Assembly (NCBI GenBank): GCA_963729715.1 | Contig: CAVSPA010000006.1 | Span: forward strand, 128,001 to 192,000 | Length of the DNA stretch: 64,000 nucleotides | DNA from: an uncultured delta proteobacterium | GTDB lineage: Bacteria > Desulfobacterota > Syntrophia > Syntrophales > UBA2185 | Reading direction: 5' to 3' | Shown: one piece after another, positions 10,061-20,539 of the stretch | Numbering within the stretch: the first letter of the stretch is position 1 | How the letters are laid out: each line of letters opens with the position of its first letter | The notes under the pieces: model-generated | Databases searched by the model: none | What the model saw: the letters and a program-made list of their open reading frames with translations, nothing else | Told to the model about the DNA's origin: nothing | Translations under genes and position numbers: made by a program

Positions 10061-11410
10061 CGTACTGTCAATTTGATTGTGTGAATTTTTCATAGGCCAC
10101 TTCTTGAAAGAAGGGCAGGTTCTTTTGCACTTTTCCTACGGGGTTTGATCTCCAATGCAGTTCCATTTTTAAAGAGATAAAGGCCAGAAGACGATAGCAG
10201 GCAGACTCTCCGGCCAATATCTCCATGGACTTTGTTCTCCGTTTAAATTCCTTGTTCAGCCGTTCAATGATATTTGTGGTTCTCAATGAAATCCACTCTT
10301 CCTTGGGGAAGTTGAAAAAAGATAAACATGCGTCAATGGATCTTTCTAAACAACTTACGGCAGAAGGGATATCCTTCTCCCATTTTCTTTTGAAGATTTC
10401 AAAAAATTCCAGCGCCGTCTCCTTCGAAGAGGCATAGAAAATGGTTCTTACATCATTCGCCACAGCCTGTTTCAGTTTCTTAGGCACCTTCACCAGAACA
10501 TTCCGGGCAACATGGACCTGGCAGCGTTGGACCTTGGCCTTGGGAAATTCTTCTTCAAAGACAGATTCCAGTCCTGATAAACCATCCATGATCCCCAAGA
10601 CGACTCTCTGGCCATCCAATCCACGAACTTTCAAATCCTTGAAGAATTCCCTCCAGGAGGAAGCAGACTCTTTGTCCCCGGCCTGCAAACCCACAACCAG
10701 CTTGTTACCTCCTTCTGTAACACCAATGGCCACCAGAACAGGTATTAACTCAATGCTTCTTCCCACACGCATACGGAAATTCACACCATCCACAAAGAGA
10801 TATTTGATGGGTTCCTGGGATAGATCTCTCATCCTCCACTTCTCAACGGCCTCTGTCAGATCAGTATTTGCGTGGCTGATCTCTGTATGGGAAATACGCC
10901 GCCCGATCAATCTACGGGAGATCATGGAAAGACTCCGGGTACTGATTCCCGTTAAAAACATCAGGCTTAAATCCCGGCTTATCTCTTCCTCGTACTGCTT
11001 GCTCCGGGGAATAACATTGGTCTTAAAATCACCCTCCCGGTCTCGGGGAATTTTGACCTGTACCTCCCCAATGTCTTTTAATGTGAAGCTACGATCATAG
11101 GTGCCATTGCGATGATTTACCTCGCCCTTACCACGTTCATAGGGTTCTCTCCCCAGAAAATGGGTGAGCTCCGCATTCATCAGCGCTGTCAGATATTGCC
11201 CAACGGTCTTTTTGATGTCCAATCGCACCATCTCAAAAAGTTGCTCCGGCTGCTCCTGAATCTCCTTGAAAATCTCCTTAACTTCGGTTACTGTAATTTC
11301 CAGTTTCATGGCGCTTTCTCCTTTCTCTCAGGTTTTGGGATAAACCCTTGTAAAGGAAAAGCGCCTTTTTTTCTACCCTTTGAAATTCACACAAATTATT
11401 TTACACTGCC
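10061..11410 (-). mobile_element. Intact IS256-family insertion sequence (1350 bp)
   Basis: Imperfect 28-bp terminal inverted repeats (CGTACTGTCAATTTGATTGTGTGAATTT / rc GGCAGTGTAAAATAATTTGTGTGAATTT). Flanking direct repeat GGAAAAT at 10054-10060 and 11411-11417. Confidence 0.9.
10068..11309 (-). CDS. IS256-family (mutator-type DDE) transposase
   Basis: RNG, PRDR, LFVDG, MDGLSGL, QRCQVH and RTTNIIERLNKE motifs. Confidence 0.95.
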   Translation of the reverse strand: MKLEITVTEVKEIFKEIQEQPEQLFEMVRLDIKKTVGQYLTALMNAELTHFLGREPYERGKGEVNHRNGTYDRSFTLKDIGEVQVKIPRDREGDFKTNVIPRSKQYEEEISRDLSLMFLTGISTRSLSMISRRLIGRRISHTEISHANTDLTEAVEKWRMRDLSQEPIKYLFVDGVNFRMRVGRSIELIPVLVAIGVTEGGNKLVVGLQAGDKESASSWREFFKDLKVRGLDGQRVVLGIMDGLSGLESVFEEEFPKAKVQRCQVHVARNVLVKVPKKLKQAVANDVRTIFYASSKETALEFFEIFKRKWEKDIPSAVSCLERSIDACLSFFNFPKEEWISLRTTNIIERLNKEFKRRTKSMEILAGESACYRLLAFISLKMELHWRSNPVGKVQKNLPFFQEVAYEKFTQSN

Positions 11411-11549
11411 GGAAAATATAAGATGACTTGGTCACTTCCCCTCCAATGCTTATCATAAACTTCTATCGCTTATTCTAACCAACCTCTTTTCTCAAAAGAG
11501 ATGAGCAATCTTCTTTTCCGAACGCTATTCAACTTCTTGAGGGTTTAAT

Positions 11550-14500
11550 ATGGAAGACAAGAATAAAACTAAAGAACAACTAATCGAAGAACTCAATGAA
11601 CTGCGTCAATGCGTGGCTGAATTGAAAGGTTCTGCAGAGGAAATTAAGCGAGCAAGAGTTAATCAAGAGAAGTTCACAGAAGCTTTTCTGCAGAATTCAA
11701 TTCCCGTGGGCATCACTACATTAAAGGAAGGCAGATTTGTCGATGTCAGCAATGCTTTCCTTAAACTCATGGGACGTAAACGGGAAGAAGTGGTCGGATA
11801 TACATCGATAGATATCGGATTTATTACCGAAGAGCAGAGAGTTACATTTTTCGATGAATTAAATAAGAAAGGTCGAGTCGAAAACCTCGAAATGAAAGTC
11901 GGAACAGAAGGCGGAGCGTTGAGAGATGGATTATTCAATGCCGTCACGATGAATCTTCATGATGAAGGGTATTTGCTGACTGTCATGACAGACATCTCCG
12001 AGCGGAAGCGTATGGAGGAAACGTTAATAGAGAGCGAAGGGCGGCTTATGCAGGCACAGGCTATCGCTCATCTCGGAAGCTGGGAGATTGATCTGACAAA
12101 TCAGACGATGTGGGCATCGGAAGAAGCCTTCCGTATCTATGGCATAGAATACACCGGGCCTGCATCTGCCTACATGCCCCTGGCAGAAGCTCAAGAAGTC
12201 GTTCATCCGGAAGACCGTCCGAGAATGGACAACGCGTTAAAGGCGCTATTGCAGGAAAATAGGATATATGATCAGGAATTTCGGATATTCCGGGCCAACG
12301 ATGGCGAATTGAGGGTGATCCATTCACGGGCAGATCTATTATTTTCAGAAGAAAGACTTCCAGTGAAGGTATTCGGAACAATACAAGATATTACCGACCG
12401 CAAGCAGGCAGAGGAAAAGTTACGGGAGAGCGAGGAGAGATACAGGCATCTTGTCAAGCATGCGCCTGCTGGTATCTACGAGGTCGATTTTACAACGCTG
12501 AAGCTGTTGAGCGTAAACGATGCAATGTGTCGGTACACAGGCTATACCAGAGAAGAATTTCTGTCGATGGACCCCATGCAATTGCACACCGAGGAAAGTC
12601 TGAAATCCCTTATACAAAGGCATGCCAACATTCTTGCAGGAGAGCCGGTCCCGGACAGTATCGAATATCAGCTGAAGCGCAAGGATGGCAGTGAGTTCTG
12701 GGCTCTTCTCAATAACCGCTTCTCCTACGGACCGAACAATCGGATCACTTCGACGGTCATCGTGCATGACATCACTGAGAGCAAGAGGGCGCAGGACGCA
12801 CAGATAGAGCAGCTCAACTTTCTGCAAGTGCTCATGGATACCATTCCGATTCCAGTATTCTTCAAGGACACCAAGGGTATTTACCTGGGATGCAATCGGG
12901 CTTGTGAGACCTTCTTTGGCCCAAGAGATCAATTGGTCGGGAAGACTGTATATGATGTCTCGCCAAAAGATATTGCAGACGTCTATTACCGAGCCGACCT
13001 CGAATTATTTAACAATCCCGGTATTCAAATTTATGAGACTGTCGCCACCGACAAGACAGGAGCAAGGCACAATGTCATTTTTGACAAAGCCACATATCAG
13101 GATAAGAATGGAAATCTGGCTGGGTTGATCGGAGCAATAGTCGACATTACCGACCGCAAGCGGGCGGAGGATGCCCTGCAGGCGAGTGAGGAAAAATACC
13201 GGGCCATCATCGAAAATATGCAAGAGGGCTACCATGAAGTAGACCTCAATGGTAACTTTACGTTCGTCAACGAGTCGACGTGCAGGATGTTGGGCTATGA
13301 GAGAGAAGAGTTGTTGGGGATGAATTACCGCCAATATGCGGATGAAGAAGATAACCGCAAGGTCTATCAAGTTTACAACCGGGTTTACCAAACCGGCGAA
13401 CCGGTAGAGAACTTTGAGTGGCAGATTATTAGGAAGGACGGAGATCGCAGAGACATCGAAGTTTCCATTTCACTCATCAGAGACATGGATGATAATCCGA
13501 CCGGATTCCGGGGCATCGTACGCGACACCACCGACCGCAAGCGGGCGGAACAGGAACTAGAAAAAGCGGAAAAAAGATACCGTAGCATCTTCGAAAACGC
13601 CATGGAAGGAATTTACCAGAGCACACCAGGTGGACGTTTTCTCCAGGTGAATCCTGCAATGGCGAGAATCTATGGCTACGACTCCCCTGATGATATGGAG
13701 CACAGCGTCACGGACATTGCCAAACAGGTGTACGTGAATCCGGATGATAGGAAGTATCTGAAAGAAATACTTGAAAAGAATGACCACATTGAAAAGAATG
13801 AATATCAGGTACGCAGAAAAAATGGAGATGAAATCTGGGTTTCCAATAATGCCCGCGCGGTGCGTGATAACGACGAGAATATCCTGTATTTCGAAGGACT
13901 TGTACAAGATATTACCGAGCGCAAGCAGACGGAGGAGGCACTCAGGAAAAGTGAAGCAAATTTTCAGCGTATTTTTGATGAATCACCCATCGGGGCTGCC
14001 ATAGTTGCGCCTGATTACCGCTTCACCCGCGTGAACGAAGCCATGTGTCGCATGATGGGATATTCGCAGGAGGAATTCGCATCGCTGAGATTCCACGATA
14101 TCACTCACCCGGACCACCTGGGCAGTGATGCAGAACAGGTCCGGCGTCTGGCGTCAGGAGAGACAGAGAGGTACGAGACGGAAAAAAGGTATATCCGCAA
14201 AGACGGGAATATCATCTGGGGGAAGCTGTCGGTACAGGCGATAAGAGACGCAAGAGAACAGATTCTTTATTTTCTGCCGATGGTAGTGGATATCACCATA
14301 CGTAAAAAAATGGAAGAAACGCTAAAGGCAGAACGCGAACGCCTCGCCTCGATCCTCGATGGGATTCCCGTTCCAACATTAGTTATTGACCGCAAGCGTC
14401 ATGTTCTCCTATGGAACAGCAACAACGAAATATATACCGGTATTGCAAAGGAAGAAGTGTTGGGGAAGCCCTTGGATCTGAGTTCTATCTTTCGGGATAA

Positions 14501-15899
14501 AGTCTCTCCCACAGTGGCAGAATTAATAATGGAAATGGGAGACGAGGAATTGATCGCCAGATTCGGGATGCGTGGTTTGCGTAAAAGTGAAGTTCAACCG
14601 CACGCTTTCGAAAGTACAGGACGGATTTGGATTAGAGGAGAAGAAAAGGTCATCATCGTACAGGCAGCGAGGATTTTTGATACCAATGGAAAAGTAGTCG
14701 GTGCCATTCAAACAGCGCAGGACATTACGGATCGCACCCGGCTTGAGGCGCAATTGCGTCAGGCCCAGAAGATGGAAGCCATCGGGACACTTGCCGGCGG
14801 AATTGCCCACGACTTTAACAATATTCTCAGCGCAGTTTTAGGCTATACGGAAATGGCCCTTGGGGAACCCAAGCTGGACAGCCATCTCCGGCGTTATCTT
14901 GATCAGGTATTCAAGGCTGGAGAGCGGGCAAGAGACCTGGTGAAACAGATACTCTCCTTCAGCCGCCAGAGCGACGAAAGACCGCGCCCCCTGAGGGTCA
15001 GCCCCATCGTAAAAGAAGTAATGAAGCTCCTCAGGGCATCCCTGCCATCGACAATAAGGATACGCCAGGATGTCCAATCCGAACCGGACACAGTGCTGGC
15101 GGATCCCGCTCAGATCCATCAAATACTGATGAATCTCTGTACCAACGCAGCATACGCCATGCGAGGGAGACAAGGCGAATTGAAAATGAGTCTCATCCCG
15201 ATGAATGTCGAACCGCCAGACGATCTGATTATTCATCATGACCTATTCCCTGGCAGGTATCTCAAATTGACCGTAGGCGATACGGGGGTCGGTATAGATA
15301 AAGAGATCATGGGCCGGATATTTGATCCCTTTTTTACAACCAAAAAACTAGGTGAGGGAACCGGCCTGGGGCTTTCCGTAGTCTATGGCATCGTAAAAAG
15401 CTATGGAGGCGCAATTACCGTGCAAAGCGAGATGGGAAAAGGGACCGAATTCAACGTATACCTCCCCTTGCTGACTGAAATTGAGAGTAAACAGGAAGCG
15501 AAGGTCGAGGTGCCTATTCCTGGAGGGAAAGAGCGCATCCTTTTTGTGGATGATGAGGCAGCCCTGGTTCAGCTTGCAACGGACATATTGAGCGCTCTGG
15601 GGTATGAAGTTACAGGCAGGACAAGCAGCTTGGATGCCTTGGAACTCTTTCGGACCCGCCCTGACAGTTTTGACCTTGTGATCACTGATATGACCATGCC
15701 GAACATGACGGGAAGTGAACTTGCCCAGCAGCTCATGCGCATCCGTCCCGATATCCCCGTCATCCTCTGCACTGGATTCAGTGAAGCAGTGACACTGGAA
15801 AAGGCACGGGCGATCGGTGTGAAGGAGTTTATCATGAAACCCATTGTTCAGCGTCAGATAGCTGAAGCCATAAGGCGCGTGCTAGATAAGAAGGAATAG
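11550..15899 (+). CDS. Cytoplasmic hybrid sensor histidine kinase with eight PAS/PAC domains and a receiver domain
   Basis: Eight PAS units ending in DIT/DIS/DTT; GIAHDFNN H-box; FDPFFTTK and GTGLGL; C-terminal receiver (VDDE, TDMTMP, KP). Confidence 0.95.
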   Translation: MEDKNKTKEQLIEELNELRQCVAELKGSAEEIKRARVNQEKFTEAFLQNSIPVGITTLKEGRFVDVSNAFLKLMGRKREEVVGYTSIDIGFITEEQRVTFFDELNKKGRVENLEMKVGTEGGALRDGLFNAVTMNLHDEGYLLTVMTDISERKRMEETLIESEGRLMQAQAIAHLGSWEIDLTNQTMWASEEAFRIYGIEYTGPASAYMPLAEAQEVVHPEDRPRMDNALKALLQENRIYDQEFRIFRANDGELRVIHSRADLLFSEERLPVKVFGTIQDITDRKQAEEKLRESEERYRHLVKHAPAGIYEVDFTTLKLLSVNDAMCRYTGYTREEFLSMDPMQLHTEESLKSLIQRHANILAGEPVPDSIEYQLKRKDGSEFWALLNNRFSYGPNNRITSTVIVHDITESKRAQDAQIEQLNFLQVLMDTIPIPVFFKDTKGIYLGCNRACETFFGPRDQLVGKTVYDVSPKDIADVYYRADLELFNNPGIQIYETVATDKTGARHNVIFDKATYQDKNGNLAGLIGAIVDITDRKRAEDALQASEEKYRAIIENMQEGYHEVDLNGNFTFVNESTCRMLGYEREELLGMNYRQYADEEDNRKVYQVYNRVYQTGEPVENFEWQIIRKDGDRRDIEVSISLIRDMDDNPTGFRGIVRDTTDRKRAEQELEKAEKRYRSIFENAMEGIYQSTPGGRFLQVNPAMARIYGYDSPDDMEHSVTDIAKQVYVNPDDRKYLKEILEKNDHIEKNEYQVRRKNGDEIWVSNNARAVRDNDENILYFEGLVQDITERKQTEEALRKSEANFQRIFDESPIGAAIVAPDYRFTRVNEAMCRMMGYSQEEFASLRFHDITHPDHLGSDAEQVRRLASGETERYETEKRYIRKDGNIIWGKLSVQAIRDAREQILYFLPMVVDITIRKKMEETLKAERERLASILDGIPVPTLVIDRKRHVLLWNSNNEIYTGIAKEEVLGKPLDLSSIFRDKVSPTVAELIMEMGDEELIARFGMRGLRKSEVQPHAFESTGRIWIRGEEKVIIVQAARIFDTNGKVVGAIQTAQDITDRTRLEAQLRQAQKMEAIGTLAGGIAHDFNNILSAVLGYTEMALGEPKLDSHLRRYLDQVFKAGERARDLVKQILSFSRQSDERPRPLRVSPIVKEVMKLLRASLPSTIRIRQDVQSEPDTVLADPAQIHQILMNLCTNAAYAMRGRQGELKMSLIPMNVEPPDDLIIHHDLFPGRYLKLTVGDTGVGIDKEIMGRIFDPFFTTKKLGEGTGLGLSVVYGIVKSYGGAITVQSEMGKGTEFNVYLPLLTEIESKQEAKVEVPIPGGKERILFVDDEAALVQLATDILSALGYEVTGRTSSLDALELFRTRPDSFDLVITDMTMPNMTGSELAQQLMRIRPDIPVILCTGFSEAVTLEKARAIGVKEFIMKPIVQRQIAEAIRRVLDKKE

Positions 15900-15946
15900 C
15901 TGCAGGCAGAGTAGTGCCGCCCCGCAAGTTTTATGCGATTCAAACT

Positions 15947-15981
15947 AAAAAAGGCAGAGCCATTTCTGGCGCTGCCTTTTT
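15947..15981. terminator. Bidirectional intrinsic terminator-like hairpin
   Basis: AAAAAAGGCAG...CTGCCTTTTT between convergent genes. Confidence 0.6.
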
Positions 15982-16028
15982 GTCGATAAGATTAGAAGAT
16001 GCAGTGAAGCAAATTACCTTCACCCCTC

Positions 16029-16358
16029 TTAGTATCTGCGACCACCTCCACCGAATCCGCCTCTTGATCCTCCACCACCTCGGCCGGAATCTCTTCTCGG
16101 ACCTCCCTCTCTCTTGGGTTTGGCCTCATTCACAACAATTACATTGCCGTCAAGCTTTCCACCGTTGAACATTTCAATGGCTTTACGCGCGCCTTCCTCG
16201 GTTTCCATTTCCACGAATCCGAATCCCTTGGACTGCTTCGTGTAATTGTCTTTGATAACATTCACTGTAGTTACTGTTCCCGCCGTAGCGAAATTTTCCT
16301 TTAGGACATCTTCGGTAGCATTCGCCGTAAGATTGCCTACATATAAATTCTTATTCAT
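16029..16358 (-). CDS. RRM RNA-binding protein with Gly/Arg-rich tail
   Basis: LYVGNL (RNP2), KGFGFVEM (RNP1), VNEAKP. Confidence 0.93.
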   Translation of the reverse strand: MNKNLYVGNLTANATEDVLKENFATAGTVTTVNVIKDNYTKQSKGFGFVEMETEEGARKAIEMFNGGKLDGNVIVVNEAKPKREGGPRRDSGRGGGGSRGGFGGGGRRY

Positions 16359-16499
16359 TTATTTTTCCTCTCATTTTAATTGTTAATGGTTCTTATGAAC
16401 CCCGCGTCAACGATCACCGGTACGCAGGATCATTGGCAAAAACAAAAAGGCACTCACACTATTATATTTCGGAGTGCCTCTTGTTTGGTTCCCGTGAGC

Positions 16500-16700
16500 T
16501 TATAACGCTTTCACATTCTCTGCTGCCGGGCCTTTCTTGCCCTGGACAACATCAAAGCTGACGCGCTGACCTTCATTTAAAGTCTTGAAGCCCTCGGCTT
16601 GAATGGCGCTGTGATGAACAAACAAATCGCCGCCTTCATCGTTTTCGATGAAACCAAAGCCTTTATGTTCATTAAACCACTTTACTTTACCTTCTGACAT
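16500..16700 (-). CDS. Cold-shock protein
   Basis: [21 protein letters not shown]. Confidence 0.96.
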   Translation of the reverse strand: MSEGKVKWFNEHKGFGFIENDEGGDLFVHHSAIQAEGFKTLNEGQRVSFDVVQGKKGPAAENVKAL

Positions 16701-16843
16701 AGCTTTAATCCTCCTTTCTCAAATATTCTCTTAAGTCGGATTTTCACTATGACAGAAAGTAAAAAACCGCCGATACTCTAAAAAGCATGGCGGCCATCCT
16801 TTGCAATTCAAAATGTCGAAATCCAAACTTACTTAGTAGTCAT

Positions 16844-16872
16844 AGTATAGGCAGCCTATCCTCAGAAGTCAA
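16844..16872 (-). promoter_or_regulatory. Sigma70-type promoter of the csp gene, giving a long 5' UTR
   Basis: TTGACT-N17-TATACT on the minus strand, about 140 nt before the start codon. Confidence 0.6.
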
Positions 16873-17090
16873 GGATTAATATTTAATTCTTTCAATCATG
16901 TGTTTTATCTCTCAAGTCGTTGCAAATGAACAACATCTTCCCGAAGTTTTGTTTTTCCAATTTTGCACGTCTGTGCAAAATTTTAACCCGTTATCGCGGC
17001 AAAATAGAAGGTAGAACCAATTTAACTCTGCCTGGAATAAAGAAAGAATAAACATTTGGCGGTTAATTTAGACGCACGGTATTGTTTTGC

Positions 17091-17237
17091 TCAGGCGTCG
17101 CCAAGTTCCTCCATACGTTTCCGTTCGGCCTGCTTCTTTTCACGGATCAGCCTATCGCGTTCTTGCATGCACTGACGGCAGAACCGGGTATATCCGCACT
17201 GTCCTTTACAGTTCTCCCAGTCGCCAATGGAATCCAT
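17091..17237 (-). CDS. Putative small Cys-rich protein (48 aa)
   Basis: MDSIGDWENCKGQCGYTRFCRQCMQERDRLIREKKQAERKRMEELGDA; weak RBS. Confidence 0.35.
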   Translation of the reverse strand: MDSIGDWENCKGQCGYTRFCRQCMQERDRLIREKKQAERKRMEELGDA

Positions 17238-17354
17238 CGTTTTTTTTCAGTCAACTTTTCTTCCGCCGGATCAAGTTCGTTAACGTTAGCGGATATGGTA
17301 GCAAATCTTTTTGCCCATTTCAACCGGCGAGCCCAGCACGATCAAGGAGTAAGA

Positions 17355-18047
17355 CTAAGGTATATATATTGTGAAGGCGCCTCCCCCCAATGCGCCGCCG
17401 TTAAGTATGGAGATATAACCTTCCCTGTTCTCGTTCGTGTGAGATTTCGCCACGAGCATGGAAAAATAGAGGCCGAGTCCCGTGCTGCCTGTATCGAAAT
17501 CGATTGTTCTCTTGTAGGATAATTCTTCCTTGTCATCGACAAGCATACATTCCGGATAACCGCGACCGTTGTCCTCGATCCTCAGCAGGAGATATTCGTC
17601 CTCTTTATCGGCGCTGACCCTTACCTTGTCTTTTGTATAGCGATAAGAATTATTCAGCACGTTTTCCAAAACTCCGGATACCAAGCCGCGGTCAAAGGTC
17701 CAGAACAGCCCCTCGGGGCAGTACGTTTCGATTTCTATTCCCTTCGAACTGAGGAGCGGCTTGTTTTGAATCACGATGTCGTCGATGATTTCGTCAACGG
17801 GGTGGTAATCCACGTTGATCGCAAACTGGGATTTCTCTTTCTTGTACAAAGACAATAGGCGGATCATGCTGTGGTTCAAGCGTTTGATTTCATACTGCAG
17901 CGTGAAAAATCTTCCGTACGAGGAGCATTCTTTTTCTTTGCACTGTTCGATTGACTCTTCCAGCGTGTTAAAAAGTATCCCGAGAGAATTCTTCATATCG
18001 TGAAGAGAGGATGCGAGTATATCGAGAAAGTCTATTTTAGCTTCCAT
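17355..18047 (-). CDS. Sensor-less histidine kinase
   Basis: HDMKNSL H-box at the N-terminus, NVLNNSYRY, EDNGRG, STGLGLYF. Confidence 0.88.
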   Translation of the reverse strand: MEAKIDFLDILASSLHDMKNSLGILFNTLEESIEQCKEKECSSYGRFFTLQYEIKRLNHSMIRLLSLYKKEKSQFAINVDYHPVDEIIDDIVIQNKPLLSSKGIEIETYCPEGLFWTFDRGLVSGVLENVLNNSYRYTKDKVRVSADKEDEYLLLRIEDNGRGYPECMLVDDKEELSYKRTIDFDTGSTGLGLYFSMLVAKSHTNENREGYISILNGGALGGGAFTIYIP

Positions 18048-19708
18048 GACACGATGCCTCCGGGATCAGCTCTTTGTGCATGGTTGTCAGGATATCAAGA
18101 TTCTTGTAAAGCGGATCAATGCTCCTTACGCGATCGATATATAACGTGGCTTTTTCAAGCAGGCGTGGCTGGCTGCCGTGTTTCTGCATGTACACCATGA
18201 GTGCATGTGCTGCGTTGGCGTTAATTGTCTTGTTGTCCGGCAGTCTGTCCACTGCCTGTTCAAAGAAGTTAATGGCTCTGCTCAGATTGCCTTCCTGGAA
18301 AAGCCTGATGCCGTCGTTATTGAGTTTGATGACTTCGCTGCGCGCCGTGGAGATAATCTCCCGTCCTTTATCTTCGATGTTTAGATCCTTAAAAATGGCC
18401 TGGACATTGCCGATCAATTCCTGGTTGTCGTGATTGCTTTGCACAACGTGCCGGACTATCTTCTCGCCGCTTTTTTCGTCGCCCGTCAGGAATAGAGCTC
18501 TTGCAAGCTCAAGCTCGATATCGATGGGCAGTCTGCCGGGGAGAGTGGCCACCAGTTTATATGCCTTTTGCACTGCCTTGCCGGCATCCTCTGCGCGGTT
18601 CAGCTTTTTGAAAGCCAGGCTCTCCGCCACGGAGATCTGTATAGATGCTTCGGGATTATCGGAGAATTCGCTGCCGGCATCTCTTAAAACGTCAAGGCTT
18701 TCCATCGGAGAACCCTTGTCAACAAGCACCTTGGCCAGGCATGTATAATCGGAAGGACTCTTGAGAAAAGAATGTTTGCCCTGTTTCACTGCCTCTTTAA
18801 AGGAATATTCGGCTGTCAAATGATCTTTATTCTTATGTGCAATGTTTCCGAGGGTTCTCTGACGAAGTAATGCTTTGGGAGATATGCGGACAGCGTCCTG
18901 CAGAACCCGCTGCGCTTCTAAGTCATTCCCCATTTTCTCATGTGTCTTGGCCAGCCAATCATACGCGGCAACAATCTTGTTGTTCTTTGCGATGATCTTT
19001 TCAAAAGCACCCTTTGCTCCGTTATAATCGCCGGTGATGAATTTAACCTTCCCCAGACCGAACATCGCCCAAGGCAGATTACCCATGGCGAGGACCTTTT
19101 CATAAAATGCCGCCGCCTCGGCATAGGCCTGTTTCTTGATGAGAATTTCGCCTTTCAGTTTGAGCAAGTCGGACAGGCTTTTTGTGTGGCTGCTAATTTG
19201 CTCGTCACAAAGCGCGATTACACTTGTATAATCTTTTTTCTCGACAGCCTTTTCGATAGCTTTCAGGCTCTCTTTCTTTGCCGACAGGTTCCTTAATTTC
19301 TTTTCGAGAGCCTCTTTGGAAAAGGGCTTTATCAAATAATCATCGGGCTGATATTCAAGGGCGCCCATGATCATCTCCATGGTGTTCTCTGCTGTCACCA
19401 TGATAAATACAGTGGAATGGTCCATGTACTCACGGCATCTTGCTTCTTCAAGAACCTGCTGGCCGTCCTTTCCGGGCCCAAGATTATAGTCACACAGGAT
19501 GATGTCATATTTGCTTGAGGACATTTTTCTGGACGGCTTCCTCACCGCTTGCGGCGTCATCGATGTATGAGATACCAAACGACTTCAACATGGTCCTTAA
19601 GGTCAGGCGGAAATTGAGAAAATCCTCCACGACAAGGACCTTTTTCTTCTTCAAATCGTCTGTAGAAGAGGATTGGGAAGAAAGAATATTTTCCTGAGTT
19701 GTTACCAT
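18037..19708 (-). pseudogene. Response regulator-TPR protein split by a +1 frameshift
   Basis: Receiver start (VLVVEDF) in ORF 19505-19708 continues as YDIILCDYNLG in ORF 18037-19578. One extra A in the A5 run at 19524-19528 explains the shift. Confidence 0.8.
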
Positions 19709-19892
19709 CGTTATCCTCGACCGACTAAATCATATAAAATCGCCGGGCTGATAATTGCTGCTTCACATGGGCGGCTCCGACCTGCACCTGTCGGCGAATC
19801 TGATACGCCTTGCCTATCACTTATATACATCGGCAGATCATTAAGAATCTTTAGAGGGATAACATCTTGAAGATCGTCTTTCCTGTCTTTCC

Positions 19893-19921
19893 TTGACACA
19901 TAGGTGCTCTACCCGTATACT
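19893..19921 (+). promoter_or_regulatory. Sigma70-type promoter of mop
   Basis: TTGACA-N17-TATACT. Confidence 0.65.
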
Positions 19922-19963
19922 TTTATTATGCTCAATCAAATCCTTATCTAAAAGGAGGTCACT

Positions 19964-20173
19964 ATGAATATAAGCGCGCGTAATGTACTGAAGGGGAAAA
20001 TAATCAAAGTTACAAGGGGTGCTGTGAATACAGAAGTAGTTTTGGAACTTCCATGCGGAGATCAGGTGGTTTCCATGATTTCCAAACAATCCGCAACGAA
20101 GCTCGGCTTGAAATCCGGTAAAAAAGCATATGCGGTCATAAAAGCCTCAAACGTAATGATAGCTGTCGATTAA
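19964..20173 (+). CDS. mop: Molbindin / Mop (single TOBE domain)
   Basis: ISARNVLKG...AVIKASNV; RBS AGGAGG. Confidence 0.92.
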   Translation: MNISARNVLKGKIIKVTRGAVNTEVVLELPCGDQVVSMISKQSATKLGLKSGKKAYAVIKASNVMIAVD

Positions 20174-20539
20174 ACCTTTCGTTTCAAACGTAATGGAAAA
20201 AGGGTAAACAGTTCTTTGAAAGAACTCAATAGCTCTTATGGAGATGTGAGTTCTGTTACGATCAATAATAATTATGAACAGAGGAGCTACGACAAAGAAG
20301 GAATTAACTTTATGATAAACAAAGGCTCTGGGAAGGTTGAAACTATAACGATCGTGCCAAAGACTGATAAGTCAAATCATCGAAAGCATGCAAGGGTTAT
20401 GATTAATAATCAAATCGGTATTATACCCCGAGAATTTCGGGCACTATCGGTGCCTGCCACTCGTCGTGACACTTTCTCCGACGATTTAGCGCCGGTCCTT
20501 ATCGGTGCGCCAATACCACGGGCCGCGAAAGGACTACAG

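Noticed and set aside
11550..14760. Recurrent GACATTACCGACCGCAAG-like DNA repeats
   Set aside because: They encode the DITxRK linkers of PAS domains; not a CRISPR or non-coding array.
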